Sequence record: ON287372.1
Length of the DNA stretch: 64,000 nucleotides
Reading direction: 5' to 3' (one strand)
Part shown: positions 10,425 through 19,446 of the stretch, in pieces
Position numbering within the stretch: the stretch's first letter is position 1
How the letters are laid out: every line of letters starts with the position of its first letter
Program-made: the position numbers and the translations under genes
Notes under the pieces: generated by a model
The model's input: only the letters and a program-made list of their open reading frames with translations
Database searches by the model: none
What the model was told of the DNA's origin: nothing

Positions 10425-11644
10425 GCCTTATGAGTTAGTGCTGGGTAATTAGGGACTTCTTGTTCTTCTGGGTTGAGGTCCATGGAAGCATTGATGTAAT
10501 CGAGTGCCGCATTACCGACGGATGTCAGATACCCTAACACTTTGGACGAATCAAAGTTGATCAACTTGATTAATGCTTTAGCGATCTGGATGACGATGTT
10601 AACGTAATAACTTTCATCTACACTTTTAGCAGATGAAGTCATATCAGCTACGTCTTTCATAAGACCAGCGGTATCGAAGTGGGAGAACTCTTCGACTACT
10701 TTAGTGATCTTAGTTACCTCAGCCAAAAGATCATTACTGGTCTTTTTGTCCAAAGCTTCAGCTTCTTTGAAATTACGTCCCTGATCTTCTACATGAGCCA
10801 GTTTAGGATAAATCAGTTCTAAAGAGTCACCTAAACGATTCAGTGCCTGAGTCTTAGTGACGTCGTCCGTAAACCCAGGGATGGATACCATGGGTTTATG
10901 CTCAGGGATTACAGTGAAGATCGCGTAGTCGCCAGGCATTAATTCAGAAGCAATGAGGTGAGCAGGACGATTAAAGAAACTGTACTGCGCCGGCAGGCCC
11001 AAAGCCATCATTACTTCACGAGAGTGTTTGTATCCCTTGAAGGTCTGCTCAATGCGGTTGGCCAGAGGAGTTACGGTTTGAACTACAGAGTCTCGGTATT
11101 TCGACTCCATTGTGGCCCCTGCGCTTGCATTACCCTCAGCTTCACTGACCTCACGAATATAACCTTTAGTCAGGTCAATCAGTTTACGGATAACTCCGAC
11201 TGATTCTTTACGAGAATCGATGAAGAAACTCTTAATCATCGAAGTTGCATTGTTAATGTTGAATACTACGTCGGAATTAAGATTACCAGCAACTGCCAGA
11301 CGAGAAGCTGAACGGAACTTCACTTCGCCGTATTTAAACTCAGCGGAGTTGACGGCGTCAGTAGTTTTCTTTAGGCGGTTCTTAAGCACCAAGAACGATG
11401 GGTTGTTTTTGCGAACCCAGTCTTTTGCTTCCATCATCAACTTGCGCAGCCAGGCAATGAACCGTTCAAGCAGTTCTTTCGCCTTCGCCTTAATTGACTC
11501 TACCGATACTTCAGAACCCTGTGCCTGTTGCAGATATAGGTTGGCCACATCACGTGCATCTTCAGGGATTTCGGTACCGAATGATTCCAGTGCAACGCGC
11601 ATCTCTTCGAGGTTGTTTGAGTCACTTACAATTTTGTCGATCAT
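10421..11644 (-). CDS. phiKZ-like internal head protein paralog
   Basis: VALES and VSVESIKAKAKELLERFIAWL signatures. Confidence 0.8.
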   Translation of the reverse strand: MIDKIVSDSNNLEEMRVALESFGTEIPEDARDVANLYLQQAQGSEVSVESIKAKAKELLERFIAWLRKLMMEAKDWVRKNNPSFLVLKNRLKKTTDAVNSAEFKYGEVKFRSASRLAVAGNLNSDVVFNINNATSMIKSFFIDSRKESVGVIRKLIDLTKGYIREVSEAEGNASAGATMESKYRDSVVQTVTPLANRIEQTFKGYKHSREVMMALGLPAQYSFFNRPAHLIASELMPGDYAIFTVIPEHKPMVSIPGFTDDVTKTQALNRLGDSLELIYPKLAHVEDQGRNFKEAEALDKKTSNDLLAEVTKITKVVEEFSHFDTAGLMKDVADMTSSAKSVDESYYVNIVIQIAKALIKLINFDSSKVLGYLTSVGNAALDYINASMDLNPEEQEVPNYPALTHKA

Positions 11645-11670
11645 TTTTATTTAACTCTCGTAGTTGATCC

Positions 11671-11695
11671 AGGAGTAGGGAAATTCCCTACTCCT
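11671..11695. terminator. Hairpin terminator
   Basis: AGGAGTAGGG/CCCTACTCCT perfect 10-bp stem. Confidence 0.65.
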
Positions 11696-11701
11696 TATTT
11701 T

Positions 11702-13156
11702 TTATTCGGCCATACCGGAAAGGTCGGTCGATTTCGCTTTAAGTGACTTCTCAGCGTACTCTAATGAGATACGCGCCATATTACCGAAGTAGGATGCAAG
11801 TTTCGTTGTAGGGCCGCTGAGGCGACTTGCTACGGTGCTGGTGATGGTACGAAGAGAGCTCATGGTGGATTCGAGATCTTTAGCATCCTCATCACCATTG
11901 GTGTTCTGAAGACGGGAACCTGCACGATTGATTTCATTCATTGCAGAGTTGCGATCAGAAACTAAACCGTCCAGTCCACGGAGGATTTCACCAATGTTCT
12001 TAACTGATTCGGCAATGGCACGGCAATCGGTAGCGGAAAGACGATTGAACTCATTTTCCTCTTCATCGCTAACCCCGGAGTTACCCATGTTCCATTTCTT
12101 AGATTCTTCAGAATCATCGAGGAACTCAATCCGTGAGTTACGTACTGCATTAGCTACGTTGCGAATGTACGCATCCGGGGTATCGGCTTCCTGAGCCTTA
12201 ACAACTACAGCGGCCAAAGTACAGTTACCCAAGAGCTTATCGGAGACGAGTGTCTCAGCAACGATACCGTTGTTGCCGCGCAGTAAGATTTCTGCCAAAG
12301 AAGGCTCTTCAGTTTTCTTCATGAAGGAAGTCAACGAGTTGGTTGGCTCCTCAATGATCTTACGGATTTTGTCCGCTGCATTACCGACTGAACCGGCATC
12401 GGTGGCATCAGTGGATGCTACTACAGAAGCAATACCTTTTGCATGGTCAATCGCTTGCTGTTGGAGATCCATAAATGATGCGCGGCAGATATTAGCCAGG
12501 TCACGCAGGTGACGAGGAACATCATTGACTTGACCGTCGATAGCCAACTTACCGATACGGCTGGACTTAATACGATCGTCACCAGGTATGCGGTCTTCCG
12601 CATTGTCCAGAATAATCTGGGCACGGCTAACCAAACGATCGGCACCAGTGAGTACACGCTGAGCCCATTGCTCCATGTGTTGACCCATGGCCTTCAGCCA
12701 TTCACGGAAACGAGTCCACCACTCACGGATGACTTCTTTGAAGCCTTCCAACGCAACAGCGGTTTGGCTCTGGCCAAGTACCGAGTAGGATTCGTTGGAT
12801 ACGTACATGGAGATCGGCAACCCTTCCTTCTCTGCGAACAGATTAAGGAAAGTGGCAGCTTCCATGGAGATACCCGACTCTTTGTTTTTCTCAATGACAT
12901 CTACCACACCTTCGTAGGTTTTGATAGTGTCAGTGAAATCTTTTTCTTCTACTACCGAAGCAAAGTCTTCATCTTCTGGGATGTCAATATTGGCGATAGT
13001 TGGGTTAGTTTCAACTGGATCTGGGATCTCTGCCGGAGGAGCTTCGTTAGGTACGATCTCGTCTTTGTGATCCACTACTACAGTATCACCGGCAAACTCT
13101 TCTACTGCAACTTTTGGTTTAGCGGCGAGAATGCGTTGATAGTAATTTGGTTTCAT
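11702..13156 (-). CDS. phiKZ-like internal head protein paralog
   Basis: ISMEAA...VSNES...VALEGFKEVIREWW; TATG at 13185-13188 upstream. Confidence 0.8.
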   Translation of the reverse strand: MKPNYYQRILAAKPKVAVEEFAGDTVVVDHKDEIVPNEAPPAEIPDPVETNPTIANIDIPEDEDFASVVEEKDFTDTIKTYEGVVDVIEKNKESGISMEAATFLNLFAEKEGLPISMYVSNESYSVLGQSQTAVALEGFKEVIREWWTRFREWLKAMGQHMEQWAQRVLTGADRLVSRAQIILDNAEDRIPGDDRIKSSRIGKLAIDGQVNDVPRHLRDLANICRASFMDLQQQAIDHAKGIASVVASTDATDAGSVGNAADKIRKIIEEPTNSLTSFMKKTEEPSLAEILLRGNNGIVAETLVSDKLLGNCTLAAVVVKAQEADTPDAYIRNVANAVRNSRIEFLDDSEESKKWNMGNSGVSDEEENEFNRLSATDCRAIAESVKNIGEILRGLDGLVSDRNSAMNEINRAGSRLQNTNGDEDAKDLESTMSSLRTITSTVASRLSGPTTKLASYFGNMARISLEYAEKSLKAKSTDLSGMAE

Positions 13157-13243
13157 GTTTTTGCTACCTTGGGAGGAGGATGAACATAGAAAACCAGGGA
13201 GAGAGGTTTCCCTCCCTCCCTGATCCTTTTACATCAATACCGA

Positions 13244-15565
13244 TTAAGCTTCTGCTTTATCAGCTGCAGGTGCAGCGGTAGGTAGAGATTTACCAGCAAC
13301 TGCCAGGGCAGCGCGAGCAACAGCAGAGAAGTACTTGATGGATTTAGAGAACGGAGCAACCGTTTCTTTTTCCAGAGCCAGTACAACCTGACGCAGGCCG
13401 GTTTGCAGTTCGTTTGCAACTTCGTCGCCTTCACCCATTTTAGCCAGGTGTTCACCTGCAGCATCGATCTTACCAGATGCAGCTTTGCATGGGCCGTCCA
13501 ATTTCTTAGTTTCTTCGATTGCATCCAGCAGACCGATTACTGCACGAGCAACGTCCATGATGTCAGTGCGGCTCAGCGCCTTGACTTCTTTAACGTCAAC
13601 TTCTTCGGTTACCTTGGTGAATACCAGGCAATCGCCTTTGCTCATGTCAGACAGGCTAGGTTCTTTGCTGTTATCGCCAACTTGTCCGCGCAGGACGTAA
13701 CCGCCCAGTTGAACGCGAGATTGACGGAAACCATCTTCTGAACCAGGTTCGGTCAGTTTAGAACGTACTGCGGAATCGGATTGTTCGAATGAACGTGCCA
13801 GTTCCAGAGCAACCGTTTCAACGGACTCATCGCCTTTCAGCTGAGCAATCACGTCGCCAGCTTTACCGCAAGCGGCCATATCCAGAGTTGCCAGCGGCAG
13901 GTAGGTACGGTTGATCAGATCGGTCAGTTCACGTACGTCTGCAGGCAGGTCTTTGGAGAACGCATTGTCTTTGGTCAGCCAAACGGCGCCATTAACATCG
14001 ATCGTTGCGTCGGAATCGGTTTCGATCGCTTCAGCTTTCTGCAGGATAGATTCAGCAGATTTGCGCAGCGCGGTGGTGGTGTCGAACAGGGATTTCAGCC
14101 ATGCAGCGAAACGTTCACGTTGTTCTTTCATCCACGCACGCAGATCATTCCACCATTGACGCAGAGAGTCTTTGATGCTTTCGATTGCAATGCGAGTTTG
14201 AGAACGTGCGTAACCGCCGTAAGACTCAGTCGCTACGTTCATGTCCGCAGGGATACCATCACGTTGAGTGAAGATATTCAGCAGCGCAGCGGCTTCAACG
14301 GAAACACCGCCGTTTTCCAGCGCGTTGTCCAGAACAGCAACTACTTCCGGGTAAGTCTGAACTGCATCAGACAGAACTTCGTAAGTAGGCTCTTCAGTTT
14401 CCAGTTCAGTTTCTACTGCATCAGCAGCGGTGAACGCTTCGTCGACTTCGGTAACAGCAGGAACAACACCATCGGTGGATTCTGCAACAGCTACGAAATC
14501 AGGAGCAGCTTCGGCTGGTTCGGTTACTGCGGCAGGAACTTCAACCGGAGCAGTTACAACTGCAGCTTCTTCAGTCTGTTGAACGCCGTCTACTGCGTCG
14601 CCAGTAGCAACTACGATTTCAGTTTCGCCAACAGGCTCTTCTGAAGGTTGCTCAACGATAACTGCAGCTGGTTCTTCCAGTGGTTGTTCGGTAACTTCGC
14701 CAGCTGGCGCGGCTACTTCATCAGCACCGGTAGTTTCGCCTTCAGCACCTGGTTCAACTTCAACAGCAGGTGGCTCTACTGGTTCAGCAGCAACATCGGA
14801 TGCAGCGTCAGCAGCAGCCTGGTCGGCAGCGGCATCGATCTCAGCTTCCTGAGCAGCAGCTTCATCAGTTGCAGCAGCATCTGCGTCTACATCGGCAGCG
14901 ACTGCATCATCAGCGGAAGCATCAGCTTCGGCTTCTGCAGCGGCAGGTTCACCAGCGGCTTCATCTTCAGCTGCCGCGGCAGCTTCTTCTTCAGCGTTCT
15001 GCTCTTCTTCAGTAGAAGCTTCTTCCTCTGCATTTGCAGCTTCTTCTTCCTGCTCAGCAGTTTCTTCCTCTTCTTTAGAATCGGGTTCGGCGTTCAGTTC
15101 TGCTGCTACGGCCGCCGCGGCATCTTCGTTAGATGCGGCAGTTTCTTCGCCAGTTGCGACAGCTTCGTTTTCTTCGGCTTCCGGATCAGGTTTGCCTTCG
15201 GTAGGAGCAGTACCGGATTCGTCTTTCGATTCGGTATTCTCTACTTCAGACACGCCTTTTTCATCAGCAACTTCATCAGAAGTGCCGTTACCGGTGTCTT
15301 TGTTTGCGCCGTCGTCTTTGATCGGGTTAGTTTCACCAGCGATAACTTCATCCACTTCCGCCATAGTGACGTCTTTGGTAGTATCTGGCTGTTGTTCAGC
15401 AGACTGGATACCTTCGCCGCCGGTGGCGACTTCGTCTTTGTCTGCGTTCTGAGCGGCCAGTTGATCGATCTTCGCTTGATCGATTACTTCAGACTCCACT
15501 GCTGGAGCAGGGCGCTTAGAAAGAATGCTTTTTGTAAACTTCATCGATAAACTCCTCAGGAACAA
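13244..15565 (-). CDS. phiKZ-like internal head protein paralog with long acidic propeptide
   Basis: 773 aa (start may be MKFTKS at 15544); ~400 aa Ala/Glu-rich N-terminus, then VSVEAA...VATES...IAIESIKDSLRQWW aligning with the 484-aa paralog. Confidence 0.8.
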   Translation of the reverse strand: MFLRSLSMKFTKSILSKRPAPAVESEVIDQAKIDQLAAQNADKDEVATGGEGIQSAEQQPDTTKDVTMAEVDEVIAGETNPIKDDGANKDTGNGTSDEVADEKGVSEVENTESKDESGTAPTEGKPDPEAEENEAVATGEETAASNEDAAAAVAAELNAEPDSKEEEETAEQEEEAANAEEEASTEEEQNAEEEAAAAAEDEAAGEPAAAEAEADASADDAVAADVDADAAATDEAAAQEAEIDAAADQAAADAASDVAAEPVEPPAVEVEPGAEGETTGADEVAAPAGEVTEQPLEEPAAVIVEQPSEEPVGETEIVVATGDAVDGVQQTEEAAVVTAPVEVPAAVTEPAEAAPDFVAVAESTDGVVPAVTEVDEAFTAADAVETELETEEPTYEVLSDAVQTYPEVVAVLDNALENGGVSVEAAALLNIFTQRDGIPADMNVATESYGGYARSQTRIAIESIKDSLRQWWNDLRAWMKEQRERFAAWLKSLFDTTTALRKSAESILQKAEAIETDSDATIDVNGAVWLTKDNAFSKDLPADVRELTDLINRTYLPLATLDMAACGKAGDVIAQLKGDESVETVALELARSFEQSDSAVRSKLTEPGSEDGFRQSRVQLGGYVLRGQVGDNSKEPSLSDMSKGDCLVFTKVTEEVDVKEVKALSRTDIMDVARAVIGLLDAIEETKKLDGPCKAASGKIDAAGEHLAKMGEGDEVANELQTGLRQVVLALEKETVAPFSKSIKYFSAVARAALAVAGKSLPTAAPAADKAEA

Positions 15566-16095
15566 AGGTTTTGTGTACTATAAGCTCCAGCGTCGATATC
15601 GCCGAAGAGTACGTTAAGCGTACATACCATATCGTTAAAGCCACCTTCGTGCTTCAACCAGTGCCACATGTAATCATCAGGATTAACTGCGAGCATTTTA
15701 CGCAGTGATGGCGTATGGCGTGTTTGGATAAACGCAGGTGCGTTCTCCATGGAGCGTTCGGTAGCCATGCAGGCCAACCGCGCAGTAAGAGACATCGGAC
15801 GCTTACCGGTATTGATAAAGGTCACGGTGTCAACCAGGAACGCGCGCATTTGTTTCGTCAGTTTGTCGTTATTATCCTGAGAGGCTAACCAGTCAGGAAG
15901 GAAACGTAAACGATCCAAGGCACGGTTAATGACTTTACGACGGAAGCTCCAGGCGTTGGTAGCTTCACCCCGATCCGTGAGCATCGTCTGCCATGCTTCC
16001 ATAATTAATGGATCAGGAGACGGCTCAGTTTTTTGCTCACCGTATAATGGGCTACGGAAGCCCATCGGTGTATACTGGAAAGATTGCAGCTTCAT
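15556..16095 (-). CDS. Conserved hypothetical protein in head operon
   Basis: 179 aa between head genes. Confidence 0.7.
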   Translation of the reverse strand: MKLQSFQYTPMGFRSPLYGEQKTEPSPDPLIMEAWQTMLTDRGEATNAWSFRRKVINRALDRLRFLPDWLASQDNNDKLTKQMRAFLVDTVTFINTGKRPMSLTARLACMATERSMENAPAFIQTRHTPSLRKMLAVNPDDYMWHWLKHEGGFNDMVCTLNVLFGDIDAGAYSTQNLCS

Positions 16096-16096
16096 A

Positions 16097-17011
16097 TCAG
16101 ATGCCGTATTCCTTTTCCCAATTGACCAGTTTATAGTTCAGGTCACGCAGGCGGCGTTCAGTGATTTCGATAGTGCGGTCTTGTGCAGCATCGTTATCGC
16201 CGTTACGGGCAGCGCGCAACTGAGCCAGACGCAACTCCAGAGCAACACGTTCTTCTTTGGCAGCGTTGTAACGGTTAGCCTGGTATTCAACAATACCGGA
16301 ACCAATCCACCAAATCAGATCAGATACCACAGGAACCCAACCGGTCTGGAGACGCAGTGGATCGACTTTGGCCTGACCGATAGTTGCTTCAACGTCGGTT
16401 TCTTTGTCTGGATCGTAAACGATATCTGGAACGGAGTCCAGGGTGTTCAGGATCTGACGCATTGGCTGAGCAAATACTTTCGCACAGCGAGCAAAGTTAA
16501 CCAGGTGATCTTCCAACCACTTAACTTCACCTTTGGTAAACGGCTCAGGCATACCCGCTTGGTCACGAGATGCGGCCGGAACTTCTTTACCGTAAATGTA
16601 CAGCAGTACACGACGGCTATACTGACAGAAGAACTCAGTCAGAGAGATCAGACGAATCAGGGTGATCTTGTTGTAAGTCAACCCAGCTTTCGCAACGCTG
16701 TTACTCTTAAAGGAGTTCTCAACGTATTTCTCCAGCTCAGGCATGCCTTCTGCCATGCTGCTCAGAATACGAGCCAGTGCCTCTACCATGTTCATCCGAG
16801 TAGAAGCTTCACGCATGAATACGGAGTTGAAGCGTTTTACTTGTACGGACTTGAATGGATTAGGGCCAGGGAACACTTTCTGTTCCGCGGTGTCTTTGTA
16901 GACCGGAAGAGTTTCTTCGATCAACTGACGACGTGCCAGTTCCAGTTCGTCGAGAACGCGAGAGCGCTCGAAGTTAGGAACCAGCGATTTGAAGAATCCA
17001 CTTAATTTCAT
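16097..17011 (-). CDS. Internal head protein (phiKZ gp90-like position)
   Basis: Likely start MKLSGFF at 17011 with AAGGAA RBS; C-terminal coiled coil; synteny. Confidence 0.65.
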   Translation of the reverse strand: MKLSGFFKSLVPNFERSRVLDELELARRQLIEETLPVYKDTAEQKVFPGPNPFKSVQVKRFNSVFMREASTRMNMVEALARILSSMAEGMPELEKYVENSFKSNSVAKAGLTYNKITLIRLISLTEFFCQYSRRVLLYIYGKEVPAASRDQAGMPEPFTKGEVKWLEDHLVNFARCAKVFAQPMRQILNTLDSVPDIVYDPDKETDVEATIGQAKVDPLRLQTGWVPVVSDLIWWIGSGIVEYQANRYNAAKEERVALELRLAQLRAARNGDNDAAQDRTIEITERRLRDLNYKLVNWEKEYGI

Positions 17012-17021
17012 TTTCGGTTCC

Positions 17022-18257
17022 TTAGAAAGTAGGGGCTTTAGTCTGCTTGTACATTTCAAACATCTTCATGATGTCTGGGCCTTGACCTTTACCAGCGTTC
17101 TTCATTGACTCTACCGACATAACAGTAGCGCCAGGAACACCGCGGTGATAGATAGTTACTTGGTTGTAGTCACGATCAACTACGACCAGCAGCATCTGAG
17201 GGCTGTTGCTTTCCATGATAGCGCGACCGCGCGGCGTATTGAGTTTTACGCTCAACTGGCGTTCGATCGCGATAGCAGTCTCTTCAGTGATCACGTTGAT
17301 CTGAGATGCTTGGGCAACAGAAGGACGGCCGGACAAGAAACCGGAAATGGTGTTGTTACGTTTGTCGTTCAGGGACTTCAGGTACAGGCCGGTAGGATCT
17401 TTCAGGATATTCTTACGGTGTGCATCCAGCAGATTACCAACGCCGATGAAATCTTTCAGGAAACGCAAGTTACCTGCTTTCATTTCGTAATAGCGTTCTT
17501 TGGTGCTACGGTCTTGTGCACCGGCGGTCAGAATACTGGTCATGGCAGACGATGGAACCGGGATGGTATGTAACCGAACATTAACCGGTACTTTGAAGGT
17601 TTTATCATCTACGATGACAGAAACTTCGATCATCTTACCAACGGCCAGGTTGGAGTTTTCGCGCAGAGAGTTCAACGTCTCGCGGTTAGACAACTCCAAA
17701 GTAGACGGCTTACTTGAGTCTTTGCCACCTTTATTAGAGGCATCGCTTTCCAGCGCCGGCAGACCGAAGCGGAAGGCTTCGTTAGAGACAACCGAAGCGG
17801 ACTCTTTAGCAACGGAACTGGAGATCGCGCCGAATGCGTACTCTACCAGGTTGTTGCGGGGATCACGACGTGGGTTGAATTGCTCCAGTCGTTTCAATAC
17901 GGTAACACCAGCAACTTCTGCGCTCAGCGCGATTGCTTGGGTGTAATAACCAGCGAAGAGGTTCAGCAGGGATTGCAGAATGTCTTCCATGTAAGGCTGT
18001 TGGTACAAAGCGGCATCGACCAACGTCAGGGGTTCGACACGGGTTGGTTGCGCGTAATCGATCAACGAATCGGCCATCAATGCGCGAGCTTGTGCATTGC
18101 TACCGGCAGACTCTTTATAGTTGTTAGCAATAGCGCCACCAACTTTAGCTACTGCATTAGCAGCAGTGCTAATTGCGATCGCCTCGGGAATTACGCCAGT
18201 CTTCAACCCGCCTACAACATCCATAGGCGTCAAGGGCAAGTTTAGTGATAATTTCAT
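17022..18257 (-). CDS. Internal head protein (phiKZ gp89-like position)
   Basis: 411 aa; VAKES, VSNEA, PALES cleavage-type motifs. Confidence 0.65.
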   Translation of the reverse strand: MKLSLNLPLTPMDVVGGLKTGVIPEAIAISTAANAVAKVGGAIANNYKESAGSNAQARALMADSLIDYAQPTRVEPLTLVDAALYQQPYMEDILQSLLNLFAGYYTQAIALSAEVAGVTVLKRLEQFNPRRDPRNNLVEYAFGAISSSVAKESASVVSNEAFRFGLPALESDASNKGGKDSSKPSTLELSNRETLNSLRENSNLAVGKMIEVSVIVDDKTFKVPVNVRLHTIPVPSSAMTSILTAGAQDRSTKERYYEMKAGNLRFLKDFIGVGNLLDAHRKNILKDPTGLYLKSLNDKRNNTISGFLSGRPSVAQASQINVITEETAIAIERQLSVKLNTPRGRAIMESNSPQMLLVVVDRDYNQVTIYHRGVPGATVMSVESMKNAGKGQGPDIMKMFEMYKQTKAPTF

Positions 18258-18285
18258 TTCATTTCCTCTATAGGAGTTTTTAAAA

Positions 18286-19446
18286 ATGGCGTCTTATGAC
18301 GATACGCTTCGTAAAAATCTTGATATGGTTTTCAGGGCTGGCGGACTTGGCTCAAAGTACGGGCAAGTCTTTGAAAACTTCTTTGGTTATAATTATCGTG
18401 CTCGCGGTGCGGTCGTTGCAGCCAACAAAGACCAGGTTGGGTTGACTTTTTTTACAAAGCCTGACCTTAACCTACATCGCGATAATGTTACACAAGATAG
18501 ACACCTGACTCCGCTTATCTCAAGTAACCCAATTACGATCCCTTCGGCCATTAGAGCCTATTTGGATCCTAATGGGAGCATTGACCCGGCTTTTGGTTAT
18601 TCGACACCCCTGGTGAATCCTAAGGGCGCTTTCATTAGCATACTGACCAATGGCTTGAAATCCCTGTCTGGTTTTCCTGATAACGCCGTTGGTACGTACA
18701 CGTCTCCTGAAGGTATCATGGGTGAGCAATGGACTATGGCCGATGGCCCGTATCATGTTCGCGGAGCCTACCAGTTAACTGCTTCCTTTACTAACATGGA
18801 CGGTAACCCATTCATTCGACTGTTCGATGTTTGGGAAGCGTATATGGAAAATATCCGTACGAAGAAAATGGCTCCATGGCCACGTAACCGGTATCGTAAC
18901 TGTATCGATTATACGTGCAGGGTCTACCGTTTAATTCTTGATCCTACTCGTCGGTTTGTTCAACAGATCGCAGGGACTGGCTATTCATTCCCAACGACTA
19001 ACCCGCAGGGCGGTACATTCAACTTCGATAACGACGACAACTACGATCGGAGTAATGATACAGTTACCGTACAATTTAACAGCGTGGGCGCTATCTATAA
19101 TGATCCGTTGTTGATTGAAGCTTTTAATCAGACGACTGCGAAGTTCAACCCGGACTTAGCTATTGTTAATAAAAGCAAGTTGACTCGCGAAGAAATTCGA
19201 GTTAAGAGTAACAACTATTATCGTGTTACTCCTGAGCAACGTGATCTGTGTAACTTCTACTCTTATCCACTTATTCACCCGTGCACTTACGAACTCTGCT
19301 GGTTCATTGAGAAAGACGTTTATAACCGTCTGCGCGGAGCTGACTCATCTACGCCGCTTTATCGTTACGATGAAATGCCAGCTGATCCATTAGGTGAATT
19401 TGGGTACGACCAATCTATTTTAGACGCAGGAAACAATAATGGCTGA
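18286..19446 (+). CDS. Tail-tube-like baseplate protein
   Basis: 386 aa, beta-rich tube-like pattern, directly upstream of the wedge-like gene. Confidence 0.55.
   Translation: MASYDDTLRKNLDMVFRAGGLGSKYGQVFENFFGYNYRARGAVVAANKDQVGLTFFTKPDLNLHRDNVTQDRHLTPLISSNPITIPSAIRAYLDPNGSIDPAFGYSTPLVNPKGAFISILTNGLKSLSGFPDNAVGTYTSPEGIMGEQWTMADGPYHVRGAYQLTASFTNMDGNPFIRLFDVWEAYMENIRTKKMAPWPRNRYRNCIDYTCRVYRLILDPTRRFVQQIAGTGYSFPTTNPQGGTFNFDNDDNYDRSNDTVTVQFNSVGAIYNDPLLIEAFNQTTAKFNPDLAIVNKSKLTREEIRVKSNNYYRVTPEQRDLCNFYSYPLIHPCTYELCWFIEKDVYNRLRGADSSTPLYRYDEMPADPLGEFGYDQSILDAGNNNG

Noticed and set aside
6938-17005. Long plus-strand ORFs at 6938-7963, 14648-15550 and 15929-17005
   Set aside because: They are antisense shadows of strongly codon-biased minus-strand genes, with no RBS or protein-like motifs.
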